From Nemertoderma westbladi (Eukaryota; Animalia; Xenacoelomorpha), in assembly GCA_032718475.1 (NCBI GenBank), contig JAUCBJ010008339.1, positions 1 through 57,587 of the forward strand: DNA of 57,587 bases, given 5' to 3'. The notes under the pieces are model-generated. The model ran no database searches. It worked only from the letters and a program-made list of their open reading frames with translations, and had not been told where the DNA came from. Position numbers and translations under genes: made by a program. Below are positions 14,351 to 27,045 of the stretch, in pieces. Each line of letters starts with the position of its first letter. Positions within the stretch are counted from its first letter, which is position 1.

Positions 14351-16304
14351 CAACTATTTACTTTGAAAATATTATTTTAATAAAATAATTTCCTTTACCT
14401 ACTATATAAATATAACGTTCCCCAATAAAGTTAACGAATATGTCAGTATGTAGACATAATGGTTGCATATAGACTAATTTAATAAGAAAAAATATTTAAA
14501 GTTTGTCAAAAATTGATGAAATCTAAATAATATTTATTTAAATTTTATTAGGCCTATTATAATAATAATTTAATTGGCATAACAATTATTAATTCCAATA
14601 CTTTTTTTCTTGTATTTGATATAATGTATATAATTTTGTATTTTCCATGCATTTACAGCTGAGTAAGGGTCTATAAAATTAAAGTGTTAAATAATTAACA
14701 ATCTATATATAAATTAATAGAAAACATTTTAGTAGCAACCTGTACTAGAGGCAGCACAGACTGACTGTGTTTACCTAGAAACTTCCACAAATATATTTTG
14801 TTCGTTTTTCGTTTAAAGCTGTTTTGGTGGACTTACTAACAGTAAACATGTTATTCTTGAACGGTAAAGCCCGGTCCTCTTGCCATACGATTACATTTAT
14901 CTGTGAGTGCCCACTATATGATTACGCCATCAGCTATCTATGTTCCTTCTTATAGAAAAACAGATGTAAGCCACTGTGATTTCATTGGAACCACAGGAAC
15001 TTGTGGGAAATATTATGAGGGCCTTTTCCTTGATTGGTAGACTTTCTTCTAGTTTAGGAAACAAACATGTTATTGTCGTATTTCTTTTAGGACTACTTAT
15101 TCGCTCACACATACGTGTGCCCCTATGTACAACGTATCTTCTCCTTTTCCAATAAAATCTCATTAGTTTATCAACCGGATACCACCAGGATGTTTTCAAT
15201 CCCTTGGGGACGAAACTTTTTAAACATCTTTAGGTTTTATCTTCACTCAGATAACCCTTTGAAAAATCGTCTGAATTATTTATTCGCGTATCCAAGTGCC
15301 TCCTTTCCCTAAAGAGTAAACTTATTTCTGCTTTTAATACATTTTTAAAATCACTTAGCCATTTCTGTGTGAAATCTTTGCGACGAACTAAAGCACTTTA
15401 TTATTGAGTAACCCGGAATCGGCAATGGTTGTTTACTTTATTAAGCGGCCCGTTTATTCTCTGGGGTTATTAATAATGTTAGTCAAGAAATCTCAACAGT
15501 ATATTATTTCTCAGATAATCTGCTTAATATAGGGAAGTGCTATAAGCGCCCACAAACGCCAGATGCCTTAATAATATATAAAACTCGGAGACGAAAATAA
15601 CGTAATCTCGAAAGACAGTATTTATTTAATGGAACTTACTTCCTACCCACCCACTAAGAAAAATTATTATATTTTCAACAACAATCTCGAGATTACAGGA
15701 ATCTATAAAAAATTATATATTTAATTAAAATACCGTTACGTGAAAGAAACTAAAAGAATAAAAATTACCAAAAATAATAAGGGATAAGGATAAGGGATAA
15801 GGAATAAGGAATAATGTAGCCAAAATTTAATTTTTCAGTAAAGAATCTGCTGGTTATTTGAGTCGATTTTCTCCTGGAGTGTGTTGTTTGGTTGGAGCGG
15901 TCTCGGAGATCAGCTCGGATCATATCGGAATAGTGTTGATTATAATCCAAAACCATTCCAAATATCTTGTCGTTGTCGCTAAACAACCGAATAATAACTG
16001 ACAAACAAATCTGCTAATAATAGACAACTCATTCAGTCAACCATATGTTAAGAATCAATTCGACGCAGTTGCATTGCGTTCATGTATAACAGGCCTTATA
16101 TTACAGGAACCGAAGGTCACATGCAGAACTCCCCCTTAGTTGATTTAGTTATTGTACGTACGTACATCAATAGGTTCATGTGTATTATATGTCTAACACG
16201 CACACTTTTCTGGCAGGCACACTTATTGTCTGGGACTACGCAGTATAGATCGGCTTGCAGTATGATACCATTACAGCGCACTGAATGGTTTGAGTTATGC
16301 GCTG

Positions 16305-16360
16305 ACGTCTATACAAAGATTTCGGACGGCCATTCATAAGGCCATTCTCATCAGTGACAT
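16305..16360 (-). ncRNA. Type I hammerhead ribozyme-like motif (HHR1)
   Basis: Minus strand reads AUGUCA-CUGAUGA-GAAUGGCC/UUAUGAAU/GGCCGUCC-GAAA-UCUUUG-UA-UAGACGU: intact core, 7/8-bp stem II, short stem III, GUA triplet, and stem I with one bulge. Confidence 0.7.
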
Positions 16361-16393
16361 TCGCAATACGTATCATTATTGATGAGAAACTGA

Positions 16394-17564
16394 CCTGTGG
16401 AATGACATCGGCTGAACTTAGTGTTTCTGTATACGCCTGCCTGCGGAATGACATCGGCTGAACTTAGTGTTTCTGTATACGCCTGCCTGCGGTATGACAT
16501 CGGCTGAACTTAGTGTTTCTGTATACGCCTGTCTGCGGTATGACATCGGCTGAACTTAGTGTTTCTGTATACGCCTGTCTGCGGTATATGACATCGGCAG
16601 AACTTAGTGTTTCTGTATACGCCTGCCTGCGGTATGACATCGGCAGAACTTAGTGTTTCTGTATACGCCTGTCTGCGGTATATGACATCGGCAGAACTTA
16701 GTGTTTCTGTATACGCCTGTCTGCGGTATATGACATCGGCAGAACTTAGTGTTTCTGTATACGCCTGCCTGCGGTATGACATCGGCAGAACTTAGTGTTT
16801 CTGTATACGCCTGCCTGCGGTATATGACATCGGCTGAACTTAGTGTTTCTGTATACGCCTGCCTGCGGAATGACATCGGCTGAACTTAGTGTTTCTGTAT
16901 ACGCCTGCCTGCGGTATGACATCGGCTGAACTTAGTGTTTCTGTATACGCCTGTCTGCGGTATATGACATCGGCAGAACTTAGTGTTTCTGTATACGCCT
17001 GCCTGCGGTATGACATCGGCTGAACTTAGTGTTTCTGTATACGCCTGTCTGCGGTATGACATCGGCTGAACTTAGTGTTTCTGTATACGCCTGTCTGCGG
17101 TATATGACATCGGCAGAACTTAGTGTTTCTGTATACGCCTGCCTGCGGTATGACATCGGCAGAACTTAGTGTTTCTGTATACGCCTGTCTGCGGTATATG
17201 ACATCGGCAGAACTTAGTGTTTCTGTATACGCCTGTCTGCGGTATATGACATCGGCAGAACTTAGTGTTTCTGTATACGCCTGCCTGCGGTATGACATCG
17301 GCAGAACTTAGTGTTTCTGTATACGCCTGCCTGCGGTATATGACATCGGCTGAACTTAGTGTTTCTGTATACGCCTGCCTGCGGAATGACATCGGCTGAA
17401 CTTAGTGTTTCTGTATACGCCTGCCTGCGGTATGACATCGGCAGAACTTAGTGTTTCTGTATACGCCTGCCTGCAGTATGACATCGGCTGAACTTAGTGT
17501 TTCTGTATACGCCTGCCTGCAGTATGACATCGGCTGAACTTAGTGTTTCTGTATACGCCTGCCT
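16394..17564. repeat. 46/48-bp minisatellite, about 25 copies, with a 516-bp higher-order duplication
   Basis: Unit ATGACATCGGC(T/A)GAACTTAGTGTTTCTGTATACGCCTG(C/T)CTGCGGT(AT). Identical spurious ORFs at 16510 and 17026 show a 516-bp block repeat. Confidence 0.97.
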
Positions 17565-20500
17565 TGTGTTTGCGTATAAATTTGTTGATGATATGATGCG
17601 CTGCTATATGCGTACTTGCGGGATCTTTTAGACTCACCTGCGATTTACGCTCTGCAGTTCATCAGTTGTAGGATTGTCGGGGGTCTCGAGGATCAATATG
17701 GAAAGATAAAGACAGAGCCCCCCCCCCTTCCTCCTTAGATACTTTGTGTTCCTTGGGGATAAACATTATTGGGGCGGCTTTCTCTCGGTTATTACAAATC
17801 CATGCTGTTACTGAACAAAATGTTTGTTTGATTCCGTTGACAAAATCTGACAGCGCCGAAAAATCGACCCATCAGGGTGAAAACATCCACATTAACATAC
17901 AGTACAGTAGCAACACACTGTGATTTTACCTAAATTTCGTAAAGTTTAGTTCAGTGACTGGAAGCGACGACACCACTAGAACACTTCGACTGCACTAAAT
18001 CTTTACATAATTTAAGTATATTAGTACTCCATCATACAGGAGGTACATTTGGAGGCATCGAAATAAACAAATTTAATGAGTTTATATAGAAAAATCGCGA
18101 TAAATAAATTAAATTCTTGCAATTTTATTTTAGTTATATCATTCCTGTACCTAAATATCTCGACAATATCAGCATATGTGGCATTTTATATGTTGGTATT
18201 TCTACCTCTGCGGGAACCATTTTGTGACCAGGTTAGAGTTACTGTGAACTCTGTGAATCAAAACAAGTTACTCAAGTATCACATATACCTGAATACATTT
18301 GAGTTTGACGTTAAATGACGAGAGGTTGGCTCTGATGAGCATTAGTAGCAGCTTCTTGGGCGCAATCCGGCGCTGAAAGAACATACTTACACCTGGTAAT
18401 CACTGGCAAGGTCGGCCCAAATTTCATAAGATCAATGGTAACACAACCCCTCCGATAAGAATACAGTCAAAAGTTGTTTTTCATTAGTTGAGCAACGTGT
18501 TTTAATGGGACCATTGCCTGTCAGACCTTTGTGAACAAACTGATTCAAAGATTTAATTGACTTGGAGTAATTGAGCAAGTCTTGGTCATAATGGTGGCAT
18601 TATCCCGAAGTACGTGTGTTAAAGGAGTTGCCGTGCGGTCTCCGAAAGTGCCGGGTGAGTTATATACGTAAGGCACAAAGCCAATAGCTGGAGGAGCTTT
18701 GGATAATTACTATGACCACTTGTTTTTTGTCCAAGTAGTCAGAAGGCGCTACAGTATACTTTGCCTATAGTTTTGCCACAGTTTCATATTTAAAATGCAA
18801 CTCAATATCGGCATTATTTTCATAAGTTATATATTTTTATTATGTTTAAAATGAAATAAGAGTGTCTTTTACGCCTTGGGTTTGGGTGTGCATAGCAACC
18901 ATGTCAATCGAATCAATAAAATTTGAGGATTTTCACCCTTCTTGCTAAGGGAATGTTTTCGGCTGGTTCACTGGTCAGTGAAGAAATTGATCGATGTGAT
19001 TGATCTACAATAAATTTTTTACCAAGTATAGGCGTGATCGTGGAGTCTCTACAGGTCTGTGTCGCAAGAAGGTGCCCAGTAACGAATCGACTAGCAGATT
19101 AACACCGCACAATAGTTGATCCCCAAGAAATGTACATACACTATTCAACATCAACCTGGTTACATATTGCCACTTTGTACATGTGGCGAACCGTGACTAT
19201 TTATAAGTGGCTGTTTGAGGAACCAAATAAATTAGACTTATCCACAACCGTAACTACCATTACAGTCAAAAGTGAAACAGAACGGATGCAACATGAACAC
19301 AAAAAACGATATGTATTATATTGTAAGTGTTCCTTAAAATCAACCTGTCAAATACAGTTTGGTTGTCTACTTCGTAAAGAACTAGCGAATAAGCTCGGTT
19401 GACGGTTGTTAATGCGCGCATCATTATTAATTAGTTAATTGTGGCACACAAAAAATTATAGTATCCGTAGGTTAGGCTCGAATAAGGCGGTAGGTGCCGA
19501 TCGATACAGGCGGGATAGTGGCTGCAATGTTAGTCGTGGACCGTCCAACAGATGGGTCGGATACTATATCGACCGGAATACTTAGTCTTGAATCGACTGA
19601 GATAGAGATCAATGTATCCCCAGGCTACAACATTGCTCCACATGGCTTCATACACGACCGCCGATAAGGGAAGAAAGACATTCATTCCGTATCGGCGCAT
19701 GCCGCACGTAGATTTGATCTTTTCAAGTTTCAATTCAGGGTTGTCCACGGCCAGCGATAAAACCACAGGTGGACGCGTCGATGGGCGGCCCTAGCTATCG
19801 GGACGGAGATTTACAAATCGCCTTTCCTGGTGAAACTTGTGCTCATTCACTTATATTTCTGTCAAACTTCAATAAGATAAGAATTATGATGAATTTATAC
19901 AGTGATTGATCCTTTACCCGTAATACATTTAGGAGTAAGGCTATAGGTGGAAATCTATCCGTTTGTCTTTATTGGTGAGACGACCCGATAAATTTAGGGT
20001 GTTTGACAATCGGGAATACATTTGTTTAATGTGGTAAAATATGTATGGATCATTGTTTAGAGTCATGAATCTATGTCTAAAGATTTTGTATATTAATTTA
20101 TCTTAACCAATGAAAATAGTAAACTACCCGGTACATAGTTTATTATAAATGACTTTCAGTATCGAAAACCGCAGTATTCCAAATTCAGTTAGAAAAATTC
20201 ACCAACCCAAAGTACATAGTTTGAGAAGTAAAAATATATTTAGTGCTGAACCTGAAACACGTATCATCACTTGTACCACATTTCTCCTTTTTTGTCATAC
20301 CTTTTGCAGTACTTTATTCTGGTTAATAATTATTAATGTGTCGCTCTATTGCAATCATATAGTAAGATTTTGATTCTTTGAATTACTGAGAGCCTCTGAT
20401 CTGACATACAATCTCTACGCATTTGAAACTCTATGCATCTTTCACAATAATTATTATCAACATAAGTTTGTTTGTTGGATTGGAGCCTGTTACTGTACGT

Positions 20501-21043
20501 AGTACGTACGCCTACCGATAGAATATTGTATCACAAAGAAGTTAGGTTCTCTACTAACACTTCTGACAAGTGTTTTACTAATGGTATTTATGGGCGACGC
20601 CCTTCACAACAATTTGAGTTATTGTAACGGCTTTGTGGCGGAAAATCGTAGTACTGGTACTGAGTAGATCCCAGGTAAGTAGGTCGACCCGTTGACGCAA
20701 TCAGTGAGAATTCGTCATTATGTGGGTGAGTTATTATTAGTATACTGGTAACAGAACGTTATTGGGGACAACTACATGTGTATAATGATTCTGATTTTTG
20801 TCCTTGATTTTATATGAATCCCTGACTCCTGAGGTTTTAACAATAATAAATTTCACAAAGTTTCTTAGATTATAGCCGTACGGTTAGGGTCCAACAATAA
20901 CGGATTCATTTTGGGTTTGGCCCTCCACTCTTAGAATTTGGGCGGCCCATGTTAAATAAACGAGTTGTACCTCAGAGTTTAGTTTCGTTTAGTTACTGAC
21001 TGACTGGACCCATTGCAGGACCCGTTGACCGGACAATCTGCGG

Positions 21044-23136
21044 ACCTGCCCTTTTATTAACCTGCTCCTTTACTAACCTGTCCCTTTACTAACCTGCTCC
21101 TTTACTAACCTGATCCTTTACTAACCTGCTCCTTTACTAACCTGTCCCTTTACTAACCTGCTCCTTTACTAACCTGATCCTTTACTAACCTGATCCTTTA
21201 CTAACCTGATCCTTTACTAACCTGCTCCTTTACTAACCTGCTCCTTTACTAACCTGATCCTTTACTAACCTGCTCCTTTACTAACCTGCTCCTTTACTAA
21301 CCTGATCCTTTACTAACCTGCCCCTTTACTAACCTGCTCCTTTACTAACCTGCCCTTTTATTAACCTGCTCCTTTACTAACCTGTCCCTTTACTAACCTG
21401 CTCCTTTACTAACCTGCTCCTTTACTAACCTGCTCCTTTACTAACCTGCTCCTTTACTAACCTGCTCCTTTACTAACCTGTCCCTTTACTAACCTGCCCC
21501 TTTACTAACCTGCTCCTTTACTAACCTGCCCCTTTATTAACCTGCTCCTTTACTAACCTTTCCCTTTACTAACCTGTCCCTTTACTAACCTGCTCCTTTA
21601 CTAACCTGTCCCTTTACTAACCTGTCCCTTTACTAACCTGCTCCTTTACTAACCTGTCCCTTTACTAACCTGTCCCTTTACTAACCTGCTCCTTTATTAA
21701 CCTGCTCCTTTACTAACCTGTCCCTTTACTAACCTGCCCCTTTACTAACCTGCCCCTTTACTAACCTGTCCCTTTACTAACCTGCCCCTTTACTAACCTG
21801 CTCCTTTACTAACCTGCCCCTTTACTAACCTGCTCCTTTACTAACCTGATCCTTTACTAACCTGCTCCTTTACTAACCTGATCCTTTACTAACCTGATCC
21901 TTTACTAACCTGCTCCTTTACTAACCTGCCCCTTTACTAACCTGCTCCTTTACTAACCTGCCCCTTTACTAACCTGCTCCTTTACTAACCTGCCCCTTTA
22001 CTAACCTGCTCCTTTACTAACCTGCCCCTTTACTAACCTGCTCCTTTACTAACCTGCTCCTTTACTAACCTGCTCCTTTACTAACCTGCCCCTTTACTAA
22101 CCTGCTCCTTTACTAACCTGTCCCTTTACTAACCTGCTCCTTTACTAACCTGCTCCTTTACTAACCTGCTCCTTTATTAACCTGCTCCTTTACTAACCTG
22201 ATCCTTTACTAACCTGCCTCTTTACTAACCTGCTCCTTTACTAACCTGCTCCTTTACTAACCTGCTCCTTTATTAACCTGCTCCTTTATTAACCTGCTCC
22301 TTTACTAACCTGATCCTTTACTAACCTGCTCCTTTACTAACCTGCTCCTTTACTAACCTGCTCCTTTACTAACCTGCTCCTTTACTAACCTGCTCCTTTA
22401 CTAACCTGCTCCTTTACTAACCTGCTCCTTTATTAACCTGCTCCTTTACTAACCTGATCCTTTACTAACCTGCCCCTTTACTAACCTGCTCCTTTACTAA
22501 CCTGCTCCTTTACTAACCTGATCCTTTACTAACCTGCTCCTTTACTAACCTGCTCCTTTACTAACCTGCTCCTTTACTAACCTGCTCCTTTACTAACCTG
22601 CTCCTTTACTAACCTGCTCCTTTACTAACCTGATCCTTTACTAACCTGCTCCTTTACTAACCTGCTCCTTTACTAACCTGCTCCTTTACTAACCTGCTCC
22701 TTTACTAACCTGCTCCTTTATTAACCTGCTCCTTTACTAACCTGATCCTTTACTAACCTGCCCCTTTACTAACCTGCTCCTTTACTAACCTGCTCCTTTA
22801 CTAACCTGATCCTTTACTAACCTGCTCCTTTACTAACCTGCTCCTTTACTAACCTGCTCCTTTACTAACCTGCTCCTTTACTAACCTGCTCCTTTACTAA
22901 CCTGCTCCTTTACTAACCTGATCCTTTACTAACCTGCTCCTTTACTAACCTGCTCCTTTACTAACCTGCTCCTTTAATAACCTGCTCCTTTACTAACCTG
23001 CTCCTTTACTAACCTGCACCTTTACTAACCTGCTCCTTTACTAACCTGCTCCTTTACTAACCTGATCCTTTACTAACCTGATCCTTTACTAACCTGCTCC
23101 TTTACTAACCTGCTCCTTTACTAACCTGCTCCTTTA
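21044..23136. repeat. 16-bp minisatellite (CCTTTACTAACCTGCT)n, about 130 copies
   Basis: Period 16; variation is largely confined to the two bases after CCTG (CT/AT/TC/CC); strongly pyrimidine-biased on +. Confidence 0.98.
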
Positions 23137-23934
23137 AATGGCAATGGGTTCGATCAACAGGTCCGGTCAGTATAGCCTTTGCCTAAATCATATGTGAAAA
23201 TGACTTTAATTATTGTCAACTATTTTTTGTTGTGTTTCCCAATATTGTTAGTATATTGGATTTAATGGTAGGCGACAGATTTAACTACCGAGTTCGACTT
23301 ACGTAAAAGTATATAAGTATATGTGATACTCATTCCTCTTATTTGTATACACCATTGGATTAGCATTCGATAATTAGTTAAATGTCTCTAGGCTATATTC
23401 TGAATACACTATTAACTGGCCACTTTCAGCCCTTGCACGCCTTTTTTGACTTATAATCACGGCATGTATACCGGTACTCACTCCGCGAGAGAAACCCGTA
23501 AACGTTGGGATTGCAGCACGCGGAAAGTTGTTGACAACTCGACACGATTTAACCCCACGGCTATGAGTTACTTGCCCCACTGCCCACTCCGCCCCACGCC
23601 CGAATCCACCTTCCTTTTTATTTCTCTGGTTAACTCGAGTTGGCCTAATGAAGCGGCTGTGGGGCGGGTTGCTGGCCGATATTCTCTCTAGTCTTCAATA
23701 TCTCCTTTGTATGAGTTAGTTCATTTCACAAAATAAACATAACGGGACCAAAGTATATGGACTGTCGACTTAAAAATTTTTGCAAATAGTTTTAGACCCT
23801 AAGTAAACATCAAAGATCTCTTGCTGGTCCTGGTACACATTTAAGATGGTCGTTTGTTTTTAATAGTAAAAGGGAGGAATGAAGTGGTAGGCATTCACCA
23901 GCGGCAGCATAGTGTAAAGACGATAGAAAAAAAA

Positions 23935-24220
23935 AGTATTGAGGGTCTTTAGCTGGTTATATTATATTAGGTAAAGATACAATAGTAAACGTTTTCGACC
24001 TACCGGTCTGCATCAGACTATGTATTATATATAGATAGTAAAAGGGAGCGTAGACCCCAGAATTTCACAAAAACATCCATTCACTTCTGCATGAAGACAG
24101 CGTTGAACAATCTTTGGAAGACCAACTAATAGGTTAAATCTTCTGTACCAGTACGGTAGAAAAAATATAAAATTCACAATCCAATTTGTTTCCCGATTAT
24201 ATTTTTTCATCCCATGATAG
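23935..24220 (-). mobile_element. Degenerate Penelope-like element 3' fragment (endonuclease C-terminus-like remnant plus hammerhead)
   Basis: Minus strand encodes frameshifted SWDEKI..NRETNW...FNLLVGLPKI, resembling the WD..I.D.E.N/NR..G..LP.I tail of PLE GIY-YIG domains, followed about 100 bp later by a minimal hammerhead. Confidence 0.5.
23977..24025 (-). ncRNA. Minimal type I hammerhead-like motif (HHR2), core variant
   Basis: AUACAUAGU-CUGAUGCA-GACC/GGUA/GGUC-GAAA-ACGU-UU-ACUAUUGUAU: perfect stem II, palindromic stem III (AACGUU), long stem I; core reads CUGAUGC instead of CUGAUGA. Confidence 0.65.
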
Positions 24221-25304
24221 GCAAATTTTGTTTCAAAGAATAGCTGGCCTTTTTATAGGCGGCATATATAAATGTACACAGTAAGTTGAGGATTTGAGCT
24301 CATTTATAGTCATTCATTCAATGATAATGACGCAAGCATCTGCCAGCGGAAAGAAATACACATCAATTAAACCTCTATGCGACATTCATTTCGGCATGGC
24401 ACCCACCGAACCCAAGATGGCGATATGAATGAATGCTGATGATATTGAAGGTGAACCTGTGACACCCGATTGGACTACAAATCAGAATGGTAAACGAAAA
24501 TTATAATGTTTACAACATCTGGTTGAGAAAACATTTTCGTTTGGAGAAATAGGCGGGGGGGGGGGGGGGTATTTGTATAATGCGTGAGATGCCGCCTATA
24601 AGAGGAGTGGTAGTGACTAATCTGGTCAGTAAAGGGGCCCGTCGGGGTATAGTTGGAGGTTATATGCCGTTTCTGAACCGCCCAAACCAGAGGGATGTTC
24701 ATCTATCGACTTTTATTCACAGTTAAAAGGCTCCGTGAATTGATTCTATTGTCGGGACAAAAGTTCCGGTAAAGGGGAAAAAGAACACGGTTTAGATGGC
24801 AGCGCCGAACGATAATTACACCCCGGGGCTGTCCCCTCCTTGTTAACATGAAGGCCCCGGAGACAGACTTTCGCCGCTTTTGTTGGCGACTGCAAAGGGC
24901 CGGTGGTTTCCTATATAAAATTAGCTAATTTACTAATTATCTGGCTTAGTGCCTTAGAACTGGTCTCTGTTGCAGGCGGGCGAGCTGAGCGGAAGGGATG
25001 GGTTGTGGGTCCATAGCTGAACGCTAGGACGCCCTCTATACAAACTCACGACCTCTGCTTCGCATTGCCCACCGCAGTCATTATCCTCGATTGAATACCT
25101 CTGTGGGCAAATGCTTTTAATCTAAAACCGGGTTGAGGCGTGGTGTGACATCGTCGTTGATGATATGTATAATGTAGTGGTCCGCACTCGTTGTAGTCTT
25201 CCGAATTACTCTCGGTTTTTGCTAAATGGATATGATATTGATATTGAGGGGCTTGGTTATATGAATGGGGTAAAATAATTATGAAGTAAAATGGTGTATT
25301 AATT

Positions 25305-25787
25305 ATACACGTATATCATACACGTATGTCATACACGTATGTCATACACATATGTCATACACGTATGTCATACACATATGTCATACACGTATGTCATACA
25401 CGTATGTCATACACGTATGTCATACACATATGTCATACATGTATGTCATACACGTATGTCATACACGTATGTCATACACTTATGTCATACACGTATGTCA
25501 TACACGTATGTCATACACGTATGTCATACACGTATGTCATACACGTATGTCATACACGTATGTCATGTCATACACGTATGTCATGTCATACACGTATATA
25601 TCATACACGTATATATCATACACGTATGTCATACACGTATGTCATACACGTATGTCATACACGTATGTCATACACGTATGTCATACACGTATGTCATACA
25701 CGTATGTCATACACGTATGTCATACACGTATATATCATACACGTATGACATACACGTATGTCATACACGTATGTCATACACGTATGT
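25305..25787. repeat. 13-bp minisatellite (TATGTCATACACG)n
   Basis: Period 13 with a few indel variants; produces the spurious SYTYVIHVCHTR ORFs in all three + frames. Confidence 0.98.
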
Positions 25788-25934
25788 TCTTTATCATAAA
25801 CAGTCTCAACCCCGCTTTAATTACAATGAGTGACTCAGTGCACAGGGTTGTCGTTGTACTGATGATGTACTGATTAATATAATAAGATCCAAGGTTGTGG
25901 AGGCCCTGGCGATGTGAATTATTACTAAGGCCTG

Positions 25935-26070
25935 GGGCCGTATTCATAGTTCACACTAGCCACAGGTAAGGTAAGGTAGTCAGACTATATAGCACTAAAT
26001 TTAACCTAAATTTAGTGCGAAGTTTGTGCTAGTCTGACTAAGTGGCTAGTGAGAACTAAGAATACGGCAC
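25935..26070. mobile_element. 136-bp MITE, PIF/Harbinger-like
   Basis: TIRs GGGCCGTATTCATAGTTCACACTAGCCAC / GTGGCTAGTGAGAACTAAGAATACGGCAC, flanked by a CTG direct repeat (25932-34, 26071-73); the interior is also palindromic. Confidence 0.75.
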
Positions 26071-27045
26071 CTGGGTCACACATAAACAGTCAACATTCAA
26101 AGTGCACAAGTCGTATCTTTACTATCTTACTTAAAAGTTGAAAGCTGGCACCTCTAGCACTAGCAACCAATCAGAAGTAACAACTATTTCCCAACTGGAT
26201 ATTGCGTGACAGTTAAACCCTTTTATAGCTGGTCTAATGCTATATAGCCAATGATTATTTATAAGCTGAAAGTTGAACGTTTGTGTATGAATCGGGCCTA
26301 ACCACTAACGAGTATTTTATATAAAATTGGTTTGGAGTGTTTTAAACTACTTTTCAGAAATTCAAATACAAATTTTCAAATATAACGACAAACGATTTTA
26401 TAACTTAACAACAAATAACTTATAATTGGCTTTACCACAACTAGAGCCCCAACCTTGTTAATCATCCAATATTACATAAGTTGGTCGGTAATAATAACTT
26501 GTGTCTAGGTTTTACTACATTGTAGGCGCCGTAATTTATAATGGAGCAGTGGGAGGGCTGCGTAAATCTATTCACTACAATGAATGCATTAGTTTCACCA
26601 ACTGGTACATTGTGGCAATAACTGGTTTTAGTTTAGTGTGTGGCACTGGTACATGATAACATATAGTAGCCCTGGACGGAGCCATTAGGGCCCATTACAG
26701 TACATCGTGTCAAGGGGGTCTCATTAATGGCCACGCAGAAAGCTGAAACCGGGTCACAAAAGGCCAACACAAGTCCAACTGATAGACAAACAAAAGCGTA
26801 CAGCGGGTCAGCAATGCGAGAGAATTGGGTCCTTATGAAAGAAACGCCGGGCTCCTACGTCCACGCAAAGAGCTCAATGAGACCGTTTCTATGTTCAGCT
26901 GAAATTTTAAACTGAATGAACTAATTGGCTGAACTGCTGAGAACATATCGTTAGGGGAGAGGATTTTACCACACTGTCCTGCCCTCTCAAAGACCCAACT
27001 GAACCGGTCTACATTCGATATCTAAATCGCTATTATATTGATGAG

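Noticed and set aside
16236-17392. ORFs with RRQAYTETLSSADVI repeats
   Set aside because: Translations of the 46/48-bp array that shift frame with unit length.
18325-18385. CTGATGAG...GAAA hammerhead candidate on +
   Set aside because: No convincing stems I, II or III could be built.
19530-19766. Possible CR1 ORF2 C-terminal remnant (KLEK...NVVA...FK)
   Set aside because: The similarity is too weak to call without a profile search.
25326-25873. His/Cys-rich repeat proteins
   Set aside because: A 13-bp stop-free unit opens all three frames; this is an artefact.
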